From a virus (lineage: Duplodnaviria; Caudoviricetes), in IMG/VR virus record IMGVR_UViG_3300033067_001161, positions 1 through 54,301 of that record: a stretch of 54,301 nt of DNA. One strand, given 5' to 3'. Shown here piece after piece: positions 31,019 through 39,836 of the stretch (positions within the stretch are counted from its first letter, which is position 1; each line of letters opens with the position of its first letter). The notes beneath the pieces are model-generated. The model was not told the origin of the DNA, ran no database searches, and saw nothing but the letters and a program-made list of their open reading frames with translations. The position numbers and the translations under genes were made by a program.

Positions 31019-34000
31019 AAATAGTAGCATTAGCAGATATTCAAATTAGAAATAATACCAGAGAAGAAGAATATAGGTCTGTATTTTCTAAATTGTATGC
31101 TGAGTTGCGAGAACTAAAACCAGACAGAATAGTAATTGCAGGTGATATATTTCACCACAAGTCAACATTATCTCCTGAATCTATAGCATTAGCTCCAGAA
31201 TTTTTTCAGGGATTATCTGATATTGCTCCATTAGATGTTATTCCTGGTAATCATGATGTGGGTAAGGATGTTAAAAGATTAGATGCTGTAGCATCTGTTG
31301 TAGAAAAGAATATGGTACATTGGGTGTTAAATAATCCTATTACATATTATGGTACTGAAAAAATATATAATATTGATGATAAGCATTGTTACTTCATGTG
31401 GGATTTTAGGAATAAGACTCATACACGATTTGATAAACCTAAAGGTAAGATTACTATAGGGTTATTTCATGGTGCTCCATATTCTATGAGATTGGATAGT
31501 GGGGAAGAGATGCCAGCTGTTATAGATGAAAACGTTTTTAATAATGCTGATTATATGATTTGTGGGGATATTCATAAGAGAGAATTTTGGAATGATAGAA
31601 AATATGTGATGGTTGGTAGTTTGATCTGCCAAAACTTTGCGGAAGAGCATTATAAACATGGTTTTGTAATGATAGATACGGATACAGGACAAGTTACTGA
31701 ACATGAAATTTCAAATGATTGGGGATATTTTACTATAACAGATGAACATATAAAAATAAGTACCGAAGGAAAAGCTAGTGTAAATGCTAAGATACCATTC
31801 AAACAATTTTCATTGAGAACTAGATTATACAATGAATATTCTGATGTACAACTTGGTCAAATTAAAATAGATATTAAAAAGAAATTCAAAAAAGATATTT
31901 CAATAACTGTATTTGTTAACCATAAAGAAAGTGTTAAAGAATATAGTGCTGTAGATTTAAGTAATGTTAATATTCAAAATGGATTAATAGAAGAATACTG
32001 TAAAGAAAATAAAATTTCTAATGTGGAAAAACTTAAAGAAATTAATATAGAAATGAATAGAAGACTTAAAAATACGTCTGATAATCTATATAATGTTAAG
32101 TGGTCCCCTATAGAATTAAGATTTAAAAATATATTTGCTTATGGTGATGTTGAAAGTGTAATAGACTTTACTAAACTTCCAGGAATAACTGCGATTTTAG
32201 GTAAGAATGGAACAGGAAAATCATCTATGTTTCATGCTATGTTATTTTTATTATATTCTAAAACACCTAAAATTTCTACTCAAGAAGAAATATTAAATGA
32301 TCGAAAAGATGAATGTTGGATGCAACTTACTATAAGAGTTGAAAATGACATTTATAGAATAACAAAAGAATTTGTAAAGAAACGAAAAAATGTGAGTTCA
32401 TCGTTATCGTTTGAAAAATGGAATGAAACTTTAAAGGAATTTGTAACTGATGATGCCGAAAATAATGAAGGTAAGCAAGATGATAAACGAGATGTTAAAC
32501 AGACAATAACTAAGATATTGGGAAATTATAATGATGTTTTACTATCATCATTTTCTTTGCAAAACGACTTTGCTAAAATATTGGAAAGTGGGGAATCTGA
32601 TAGACGAAATTATCTATATAATTTTTTAGGTGTTAATATATTTCAATTATTATATAAAGCATCCGCCAAAGATGAATCTAAACACGAAACTGTAGTTTCA
32701 CAATTTACTGATGTTAATTTTGATGAACAGATTGAATCTAACGAAATGAGTATTGTTAATTATAAATCCAAAATTGATGAAATTAAAAATTTAAAGGATA
32801 AATATAAAAATGTAATAGTGGATGTTGATAATAAGATAAATGTTAAAATGACTGAACTTGGAGCTTATTCGGAGAAGATAAAGCAAGTATCTAAGATGAC
32901 AGAAGTGTCTAATAATATATCTGAAAATAAAAATACAATTAACAACAACAATGAAATGATTCGAAGAAATAAAGAGACTCTTCATACTTATACATTAAAA
33001 CTACAACAGTTGAAGGAAATTGATGTTGAGTCTGAGAGAAATAGAATAGATTCTATTATAAATAATAATTTTGAAAATTCAGATAAGTTAAATTCGGAAT
33101 ATCAACTTACCGAAAAGGAAAAAGAAGAATTAGATAAAAGAAATAAAGCAAGTTTGGAACTTAAAGAAAAGATTAATTTATTATCTAATAATATAACTAA
33201 GTTGGAAACTACTATTAAAAATTATGAAAGACAATCTGATATATTATGTAAACAGCCGTGGATGCGAACACACGATCAATGTAAATCTTGTCAGTTGGCT
33301 AAAGATGCGTTTGAATCTGATGCTTTATTGAAAGGTCAAACTGAATTATTTAATAAAAGTAAAGCGCTTAAAACTAAAATGCAGGGGAATATTGAACAAG
33401 GATTAGATGATATTATAAAATCTAATAGTGATAAACTAAAGGATATTAATTCTAAAATTAAACAGATAAATGAAGAAAATAAATCGTTATTAATATCTAA
33501 AGAAAATTTACAGAAAATAGATAATCAGTTGAAAGAATTGGAAACTGATATGGAAAAAACTAATATAAATATTTTGTCTTTACAGGAAAAAAATAAAATA
33601 TATGAATTAGAATTATCTAAATTGCAAGTAGAATATCAAAAGTTGATGGAATTAAATGAAGATGTAAAGAAAGCTAATTTGTTGACTTCCGAACTTAAAG
33701 ATTTAAATCAAGATAAAGAATTGAATAAAAATAGAATAGAAAGTTTAGAAGCAAATATTGTAACTATTATGTCTAATATAGGAAAATTGGAGCAATCTAT
33801 TATAACACTAAATGAAGATAAGATAAAATATAATATTGCCGTAGAAAATGCAATTTTGTATAAAACTTATAGAAGTATTGTTAATAAGGATGGACTTCCA
33901 TTTACAGTATTGCAGAGATTTGTTCCACTATTTAATAGAAAGATAGCAGAATATTTGACGGATGATATTGCCAATTTTAATGTTAGATTTGAAATATCAG

Positions 34001-34338
34001 ATGATAAGTTGAAAGTTATGATGCAAAAGTATGGTGATATTTGGAGAGATATTAAATCTGCTGGTGGAATGGAGTTCGTTATGTCTAGTTGGGTTGTCCG
34101 AGCAGTACTTAGTGAATTCAGTATTTTACCTAAATCTGATGTGTTTATAATAGATGAAGGTTTTGGTGCATTTGATATTGATAATATTAATAATGTGGAA
34201 ATATTGTTTGAGAAATTCAAAAATAGATTTGGAAAAATAATGGTTATTTCTCACGTTCCTATCATAGCAGATTTCTGTGATAATTTAATGGAAGTTGTTG
34301 TTGATGATAATGGGTATAGTCATATTGGAAATGTGTGA
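31015..34338 (+). CDS. Fused SbcD/Mre11 (gp47-like) nuclease and SbcC/Rad50 (gp46-like) ATPase
   Basis: ADIQ, AGDIFH, PGNHD, FHG, GDIH; Walker A GKNGTGKSS; coiled coil with Zn hook CKSC; signature SAGGME; Walker B IIDEGFGAFD; ISH. Confidence 0.92.
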   Translation: MKIVALADIQIRNNTREEEYRSVFSKLYAELRELKPDRIVIAGDIFHHKSTLSPESIALAPEFFQGLSDIAPLDVIPGNHDVGKDVKRLDAVASVVEKNMVHWVLNNPITYYGTEKIYNIDDKHCYFMWDFRNKTHTRFDKPKGKITIGLFHGAPYSMRLDSGEEMPAVIDENVFNNADYMICGDIHKREFWNDRKYVMVGSLICQNFAEEHYKHGFVMIDTDTGQVTEHEISNDWGYFTITDEHIKISTEGKASVNAKIPFKQFSLRTRLYNEYSDVQLGQIKIDIKKKFKKDISITVFVNHKESVKEYSAVDLSNVNIQNGLIEEYCKENKISNVEKLKEINIEMNRRLKNTSDNLYNVKWSPIELRFKNIFAYGDVESVIDFTKLPGITAILGKNGTGKSSMFHAMLFLLYSKTPKISTQEEILNDRKDECWMQLTIRVENDIYRITKEFVKKRKNVSSSLSFEKWNETLKEFVTDDAENNEGKQDDKRDVKQTITKILGNYNDVLLSSFSLQNDFAKILESGESDRRNYLYNFLGVNIFQLLYKASAKDESKHETVVSQFTDVNFDEQIESNEMSIVNYKSKIDEIKNLKDKYKNVIVDVDNKINVKMTELGAYSEKIKQVSKMTEVSNNISENKNTINNNNEMIRRNKETLHTYTLKLQQLKEIDVESERNRIDSIINNNFENSDKLNSEYQLTEKEKEELDKRNKASLELKEKINLLSNNITKLETTIKNYERQSDILCKQPWMRTHDQCKSCQLAKDAFESDALLKGQTELFNKSKALKTKMQGNIEQGLDDIIKSNSDKLKDINSKIKQINEENKSLLISKENLQKIDNQLKELETDMEKTNINILSLQEKNKIYELELSKLQVEYQKLMELNEDVKKANLLTSELKDLNQDKELNKNRIESLEANIVTIMSNIGKLEQSIITLNEDKIKYNIAVENAILYKTYRSIVNKDGLPFTVLQRFVPLFNRKIAEYLTDDIANFNVRFEISDDKLKVMMQKYGDIWRDIKSAGGMEFVMSSWVVRAVLSEFSILPKSDVFIIDEGFGAFDIDNINNVEILFEKFKNRFGKIMVISHVPIIADFCDNLMEVVVDDNGYSHIGNV

Positions 34339-34421
34339 TTTGCAATTTGCGAATTGCGAATCCTGACATTAATCCTGACAATTTTATAAAAAATGTCAGG
34401 TAATGATTAATAAATGTCAGG
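34339..34421. repeat. Nested direct/inverted repeat element (2x CCTGACA then 2x TGTCAGG) preceded by TTGC(G)AA x3
   Basis: CCTGACA at 34362 and 34374; TGTCAGG at 34394 and 34415. Confidence 0.85.
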
Positions 34422-34425
34422 TAGT

Positions 34426-34440
34426 TATATTTATATAAAA
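34426..34440 (+). promoter_or_regulatory. Putative late promoter TATATTTATATAAAA
   Basis: Exact motif copy. Confidence 0.75.
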
Positions 34441-34447
34441 TTGTTAA

Positions 34448-34951
34448 ATGGAAAAATATATGAATATATTTGAATCCCAAGAAGAATATGAACTTCAAGG
34501 ACATATGGACTTTCAAGGTCTTATAATAGATATTGAGAATAAAAAAGGAACATACCGAACAGGGGTTGACCCTAATGGTAAGCCTTGGCGTACATATATG
34601 TATTGTCCTTATGGAAGAATTAGACATACTTCTACTAAGTCTGATGGTGAAGAATTAGACGTTTACATTGGCGAGAACAAGAAATCTGATAAAGTATACC
34701 AAATAGAACAAATGAAATCTCCAGATTTTGAAGAGTTCGATGAATATAAATATATGTTAGGGTTTGATAATATGGGGGAAGCTGTTGAAGCATATCTAAA
34801 ACAATATAATGATGCAGGGTTTTTAGGAACAGTTAGAGAAATACCGTTCAAAGACTTTAAAGAAAAAATAGACGAATATATAAGTAGAAATTCCACTAAA
34901 CCCGAAGTAAATGAAATATTTTCTAAATGGAGTCATATAATAGGTAGGTAA
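34448..34951 (+). CDS. Inorganic pyrophosphatase-like (InPase) domain protein
   Basis: FQGLIIDIENKKG..R.G.DPNGKPW...M..PYG.I..T...DGEELDVYIG..FDEYKYMLGF..AY. Confidence 0.85.
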   Translation: MEKYMNIFESQEEYELQGHMDFQGLIIDIENKKGTYRTGVDPNGKPWRTYMYCPYGRIRHTSTKSDGEELDVYIGENKKSDKVYQIEQMKSPDFEEFDEYKYMLGFDNMGEAVEAYLKQYNDAGFLGTVREIPFKDFKEKIDEYISRNSTKPEVNEIFSKWSHIIGR

Positions 34952-34954
34952 TTT

Positions 34955-35779
34955 ATGAATTTAAGTACAAAGATTTTATTAGGACTTGTGGTAGTACTTG
35001 TAGCTATCGGGATAGGTTTATACATTCATATTGAAAATCTCACCGAAGAACTTAAAAAGACAACTAATACAGTTCAAGTTCAAGAACAAAATATAGAAGC
35101 ATTAAAAGATCAGAATAAGATGAAGGCTGATAGTATACAGAATTATGCATTGATGGTTGGAAACCTTCAAACTGATAAGTCTAGGTTGGAGCATAAATAT
35201 TTGGTATTGAATAATAAGTATACATTATTATTAGAGTCTATTAGTGTCATAGACGATACTACCCATTCTATTGTGAAAGATTCTATAATTATTGTTAGTT
35301 TTGAAGGTGAAAAGAAAAAGATAAATTATAAAGGTAAGACAGAATATAATTTAATGAGTAATGTGGGAACATATAGTTTAGATATAATAATTCCTGATAT
35401 AACTATAAGATCAGAAATATATTTAGATTCTCTTAAATTTATACGACAAAGAATATTTGCTGATGGTGTATTGATAGATAATGCAGAAACCCAAATAGAT
35501 AGTCAAGTAATGTTACTTATAAGAAATTCAGAATTAATAACTCAACCAGAAGAGAATTTTTGGGATAGACTTGGTGTTTTTGGTGAAACAGGTACAGGAA
35601 GTTCTCATAAGTCTGTAAAATTTGATACGTATTATTTGGGGTTGGGTGTGTATGTGGATATAGGTGAAAGGTTTAATATTTCATTAACAAAGTATGTTGT
35701 TCCTACGGACGATTACATCTATTTATCTTTGGGTTATTCTATAACTGCTAGAGAGATAATTAGGGAAATTTTCAAATAA
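34955..35779 (+). CDS. Membrane-anchored coiled-coil protein with C-terminal amphipathic beta strands (spanin-like candidate)
   Basis: N-terminal TM helix, coiled coil, C-term LGVFGETG..YYLGLGVYV..YIYLSLGYSI. Confidence 0.5.
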   Translation: MNLSTKILLGLVVVLVAIGIGLYIHIENLTEELKKTTNTVQVQEQNIEALKDQNKMKADSIQNYALMVGNLQTDKSRLEHKYLVLNNKYTLLLESISVIDDTTHSIVKDSIIIVSFEGEKKKINYKGKTEYNLMSNVGTYSLDIIIPDITIRSEIYLDSLKFIRQRIFADGVLIDNAETQIDSQVMLLIRNSELITQPEENFWDRLGVFGETGTGSSHKSVKFDTYYLGLGVYVDIGERFNISLTKYVVPTDDYIYLSLGYSITAREIIREIFK

Positions 35780-35843
35780 ACCAAATTATTTATTGTCGTT
35801 TAGTGAATTTTTAATACATGTAGACGAAAAAAGTATTTATATT

Positions 35844-35858
35844 TATATTTATATAAAA
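35844..35858 (+). promoter_or_regulatory. Putative late promoter TATATTTATATAAAA
   Basis: Exact motif copy preceded by extra TATT(T)A units. Confidence 0.75.
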
Positions 35859-35885
35859 ATAATTAATAATAAATAGAGAACTACA

Positions 35886-36185
35886 ATGCAAATAGACGAC
35901 AATAAAGGATTTTGGAATTTCTTTTGGTCTAAATTTTTTACCATGTTTTACGAAGATGATACTAAGTGGTGGTCATCTATGCGATTTTCTTTTGTTTTTA
36001 TGATGTTAGTATCCAACGTTTGCTTTTGGGCTATGTGGGTAATTGTGTGTTTCATAAAACAAGATTTAGTTAGTATACCTGAAAGTGTCATAGTGTTATA
36101 CACTTTATCTAATGGTATTGCGTATGGTAGTAAATTGGGGCAAAAAAGTCAAGAATTGGGAATACCTAAAACTAAACCAGAATAA
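35886..36185 (+). CDS. Small two-TM membrane protein, holin candidate
   Basis: F.EDD..WSSMRF, two hydrophobic segments, charged C-terminus KLGQKSQE. Confidence 0.55.
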   Translation: MQIDDNKGFWNFFWSKFFTMFYEDDTKWWSSMRFSFVFMMLVSNVCFWAMWVIVCFIKQDLVSIPESVIVLYTLSNGIAYGSKLGQKSQELGIPKTKPE

Positions 36186-36194
36186 GGAAACAAA

Positions 36195-36650
36195 ATGAAA
36201 TCCGAAATAAATAATATGGGTAATATGCTGTACCTTGAAGATTCGTTAACTGTAACATTAACAGCATCATTAACTTCAAGTACGGTAGTATCTGTAGATG
36301 GTAGATTTACAGTTACTTTAGAAGGAGTTAGTGGAGCTACGGCATATAGTCTTCAAGTTAGTAACTTAAATCCGTTAGTGAAAAAAGCTCTACCATCTGC
36401 TACAGGCACAGGACAATTCACATCAGGTTTTAATAACAACAGATATCCAACACCAGATAATATAACATGGACAGTAAATCCTAATTTAGAAAATAGTTGG
36501 GTTACATTAACTTCATTCCAAACCGCAGGATATTTTATAGTTGATGGATGTTTCAGGTTAGCTAGAATAATAAAAACTGCAGGTGGTGGATTTCAATCTG
36601 GAGCTAAAGCACATTTTTTCTTAGAAAAACAAGTACCAGTAATTCAATAG
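36195..36650 (+). CDS. Beta-rich putative virion protein
   Basis: AAGGA RBS; LTASLTSS, VSGATA, YSLQVSN, WVTLTS, FRLARII. Confidence 0.55.
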   Translation: MKSEINNMGNMLYLEDSLTVTLTASLTSSTVVSVDGRFTVTLEGVSGATAYSLQVSNLNPLVKKALPSATGTGQFTSGFNNNRYPTPDNITWTVNPNLENSWVTLTSFQTAGYFIVDGCFRLARIIKTAGGGFQSGAKAHFFLEKQVPVIQ

Positions 36651-36662
36651 GAGATAAATAAT

Positions 36663-37046
36663 ATGGATTATATTCAAGTGGCTGAATCAATATTATTTAT
36701 TATAATGACTATAGGAGCTATCATATATGGTGTTATTAAACTAATTCAAGAAAAATCTAAAGAAGCTAAAACCGATGCTTCCGAAGAACTTATAGAATTA
36801 AAAAAGGAGCAAGATGGAAAAATGTTACATTTATCTGAAAGATTGGATGAATTAGATGGTTGGCGTAAAGATATGAATGGTCAATTAAAACTAATGAATG
36901 AGAGACAACAATTCACAAATATGATATTAACTGATCAAAAATCCCAATTAACTTTAGTTACAGATGCTATGAATTCGGTTGCAAAATCTTTAGCTGTTCT
37001 TGGAGAATCTGTTAGAAATTTAAAGTCTACAGTAGATAAGCAATAA
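36663..37046 (+). CDS. Single-TM coiled-coil protein (holin/antiholin-like candidate)
   Basis: AGGAG RBS; N-terminal TM then long heptad coil. Confidence 0.55.
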   Translation: MDYIQVAESILFIIMTIGAIIYGVIKLIQEKSKEAKTDASEELIELKKEQDGKMLHLSERLDELDGWRKDMNGQLKLMNERQQFTNMILTDQKSQLTLVTDAMNSVAKSLAVLGESVRNLKSTVDKQ

Positions 37047-37047
37047 A

Positions 37048-37476
37048 ATGTGTGCAGGTATGCCTATACATAGGGTTGTAATTTTAGATGATGATGCGGA
37101 AATTGAACAATTATATAAATTGTTTTTAACAAAAATTTGTCCAGGTACTGATGAATGTTTGGGCGGTATTTGTGATCATTGTTATAAATTTTATAGTGAT
37201 ATAGATTTATTTCTAAAAGGTGTTAAAAGAAATGATATAATTGTTTTAGATTATATTTTAAATGACATTAAAAATGGATTAGATGTAGCTAAAATTATTA
37301 GAGATAAGTTTGGTTCTGAAGTTTTTATAATTTTATATTCTTCATTTATAGATAATAATACCATTGCTGAATCTACTCGATTAGAATTTGTTGATGAAGT
37401 AGTATTAAAACCATCACCAGATAAATTAATAAAATTGATAACAGAAAGAGAGAAAAAATATGGACTTCCATTGTAA
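37048..37476 (+). CDS. Stand-alone response-regulator receiver (CheY-like) with Cys-rich insert
   Basis: VVILDDD, IIVLDY (D68), NGLDVAKIIR, IILYSS, VVLKP; alternative start 37060. Confidence 0.88.
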   Translation: MCAGMPIHRVVILDDDAEIEQLYKLFLTKICPGTDECLGGICDHCYKFYSDIDLFLKGVKRNDIIVLDYILNDIKNGLDVAKIIRDKFGSEVFIILYSSFIDNNTIAESTRLEFVDEVVLKPSPDKLIKLITEREKKYGLPL

Positions 37477-37903
37477 ATTAAACCAATTTTCAAAATACTT
37501 ACAAGATAATTTTTATATTGTAAACAATATAGTTAAACAATCTCCTATTGATGGATTACACATGACAGATTTTGATCAACTAACTATTTTAGATGTAGTT
37601 TTTCCTATTCCTAGAGATAAGTATATGAGTGCCGTATTTAATGGTACAGGCAATGATGGTGAATGTGTAGTGCAATTTATATGTCAAGAGTATTCTATGA
37701 TGCGAGGAGATTATGAATTGGAAATGGAGTATGGTAATAAGATAGCAACAATTTTAAGAGATGTTAAATCTTTGTTGACAGGAGATTCTATAACATTAAA
37801 CTTTGAGAAACAAACTACATTTCCCAAAGTTTATCGTGACAACTTTTCACAAAATGGAAAAGTTAGAACAGTTTATACTGAAGAATATTTGATAAAATTT
37901 TAA
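37460..37903 (+). CDS. Hypothetical protein
   Basis: Overlapping ORF ending just before terminator. Confidence 0.6.
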   Translation: MDFHCKLNQFSKYLQDNFYIVNNIVKQSPIDGLHMTDFDQLTILDVVFPIPRDKYMSAVFNGTGNDGECVVQFICQEYSMMRGDYELEMEYGNKIATILRDVKSLLTGDSITLNFEKQTTFPKVYRDNFSQNGKVRTVYTEEYLIKF

Positions 37904-37910
37904 TTTTTAG

Positions 37911-37940
37911 ATGGGAATGATGTAACATTCCCATTTTTTT
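37911..37940 (+). terminator. Intrinsic terminator
   Basis: ATGGGAATG-atgtaa-CATTCCCAT then T run. Confidence 0.85.
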
Positions 37941-37959
37941 ATATTTATATTATATAAAA
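37940..37959 (+). promoter_or_regulatory. Variant late promoter TATATTTATAT-TATATAAAA
   Basis: Motif with internal duplication, directly after terminator. Confidence 0.55.
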
Positions 37960-37983
37960 ATAATAATTATAACAAGGTGTGAT

Positions 37984-38136
37984 ATGGCAAAACTAATAAG
38001 AACCTATTCTATAAATGTGAATCTGTATGAATGGTTTGATAAATATTGTAAAACTAATTCTATAAATAAATCTGGATTTATATCTAAAAAAATAGAAGAA
38101 CTTAAAAAACAAACAGAAAAACAAATAAAACAATAA
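37984..38136 (+). CDS. Ribbon-helix-helix DNA-binding protein (50 aa, not in ORF track)
   Basis: Manual translation MAKLIRTYSINVNLYEWFDKYCKTNSINKSGFISKKIEELKKQTEKQIKQ; AAGGTG RBS; strand-helix-(INKS)-helix pattern. Confidence 0.75.
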   Translation: MAKLIRTYSINVNLYEWFDKYCKTNSINKSGFISKKIEELKKQTEKQIKQ

Positions 38137-38150
38137 GAACAGGAGAATTT

Positions 38151-39431
38151 ATGAACTTTCTTTATTCTAATGAAAAAGAACGATTAGAATTAAAAAATGC
38201 ATTTTCAACTTTTGATAATATAGACCCTAATAAGAAAACTATATTATTTACTGCACCTAGTGAGACAGGCACATCTTTTTTTAGATTACTAACTCCACTA
38301 TTTGCAATGGCTGAAAAAGCTCCAGATGCATTTAATTATATTTATTGGGAACAAGAAAATTTTCCTATAGAATGGTTACATAAAGTTGATATATGGGTAC
38401 AGCATAGAGCTGGTGGTATACATAGTTATTATTTGAAAATGGCAAAACGATTTCCAGATGATGTAGCACCAATAACAGTAATTCATGATGTGGATGATGA
38501 TGAAGTTAATTTGCCACCTAATCATGCTATGAAAGAAATGTGGTATGGTTCTATGAAACATGAGATGGCAAAATTTCAATTAGGACATTCCGATTTTATT
38601 ACTACTACTGGTCGAATGCTTAAACGAGAATTTATGAAATATCAAAAGGTAGATAGAATAGAAGTATTTAGAAATGGTTTTAATTGGAATCTTCCACAAT
38701 GGAATCTATCAAAACCTGAACATAAAAATGTAACTATAGGATGGGCTGGATTAACTTCACACTTTGATGATCTTAAGAAATTATCAAAAATATTAAAAGT
38801 TATACACGACAAATATCCTGATGTTGATTTTAAAATCGCAGGGGTTACAAACAAAGACGAACAATATAAATATGAAACTGACCCTGAAACTGGAGAAAAA
38901 AGATTTGTTAGGGAAAAGGTAGATGATTATAAAAATACTTATCATTATAAGATAAGTGAACTGTTTAAAGATTTTGATAAGAATAGAATAGAATTATTGG
39001 GGGTGTTACCGTTAGAAGAATATGCTAAGTTTTATACTTTGTGGGATATAAATTTAGCTTATGTTGAACATAACGGATTTAATTCTAGAAAAAGTGAAAT
39101 TAAAATTGTAGAAGGTGCTAGATATAAAAATATAAATGTGTATAGTAATATCGGTGGTTATCAGGAATATACTACATTTTTACCAGAAGAACTTAAAAAA
39201 ATTCATATTAAACATTGTGCTATGCGAACAGAACAACCTAAAGAATGGGTAGATGCATTATCATTCTGGGTAGATGCAATTAAATCTAAAAATTCTATAG
39301 TTGATTTTGTTAAAGATGGTGCTAGTGAATTTGTTACAGAATTTTATGATATAAATAATCAAGTTGAAGATAGGGTTAATTTCTATAACAACTGTTACGA
39401 TCAAGTGCATAAATATAATAAAGTAATATAG
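38151..39431 (+). CDS. Glycosyltransferase, GT-B fold
   Basis: GTSFFRL..P, HDVDDD, IGWAG..SH..DL, FNSRKSEIKIVE. Confidence 0.85.
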   Translation: MNFLYSNEKERLELKNAFSTFDNIDPNKKTILFTAPSETGTSFFRLLTPLFAMAEKAPDAFNYIYWEQENFPIEWLHKVDIWVQHRAGGIHSYYLKMAKRFPDDVAPITVIHDVDDDEVNLPPNHAMKEMWYGSMKHEMAKFQLGHSDFITTTGRMLKREFMKYQKVDRIEVFRNGFNWNLPQWNLSKPEHKNVTIGWAGLTSHFDDLKKLSKILKVIHDKYPDVDFKIAGVTNKDEQYKYETDPETGEKRFVREKVDDYKNTYHYKISELFKDFDKNRIELLGVLPLEEYAKFYTLWDINLAYVEHNGFNSRKSEIKIVEGARYKNINVYSNIGGYQEYTTFLPEELKKIHIKHCAMRTEQPKEWVDALSFWVDAIKSKNSIVDFVKDGASEFVTEFYDINNQVEDRVNFYNNCYDQVHKYNKVI

Positions 39432-39625
39432 TGAGTATTATTATGGGAAAACAAAATTCTAAAGAATTGGAAAAGTGGTTGAGGTCATCTGTGTATTATA
39501 AGTTATTATCTTTAATTCGAGATAGATATTTAATATTATATGGGATGACCAGATTTTTTAAAACATTTTATCCTATATTCTTAGTTTTAGGTTCTGCTTT
39601 ATATTTTTTATTGGTTAATATATGA
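39431..39625 (+). CDS. Small protein with C-terminal TM helix
   Basis: Coupled ORF, hydrophobic C-terminus. Confidence 0.45.
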   Translation: MSIIMGKQNSKELEKWLRSSVYYKLLSLIRDRYLILYGMTRFFKTFYPIFLVLGSALYFLLVNI

Positions 39626-39834
39626 ATTGTTGTATTTGTGGTTCAGAAATAACTAAAGTAGATATTGCAGATAAAAATTATGGGTATGATACTTTAGAAG
39701 GTAAAGTATTTTACAGGCACAATAAATGTTTACTTGATGTTCAGACTATGTTTGATGAACCTGAAAACGATTCAGAAACAGCAATGGTTATTATAACAGA
39801 TGAAAAATTTAGTAAGGGTAAATTTGGAGAGTAG
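39622..39834 (+). CDS. Small Zn-finger-like protein
   Basis: CCICG...HNKC. Confidence 0.55.
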   Translation: MNCCICGSEITKVDIADKNYGYDTLEGKVFYRHNKCLLDVQTMFDEPENDSETAMVIITDEKFSKGKFGE

Positions 39835-39836
39835 TA

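Noticed and set aside
34955-37903. Complete lysis cassette
   Set aside because: No endolysin recognisable in the window, so holin/spanin calls remain topology-based candidates.
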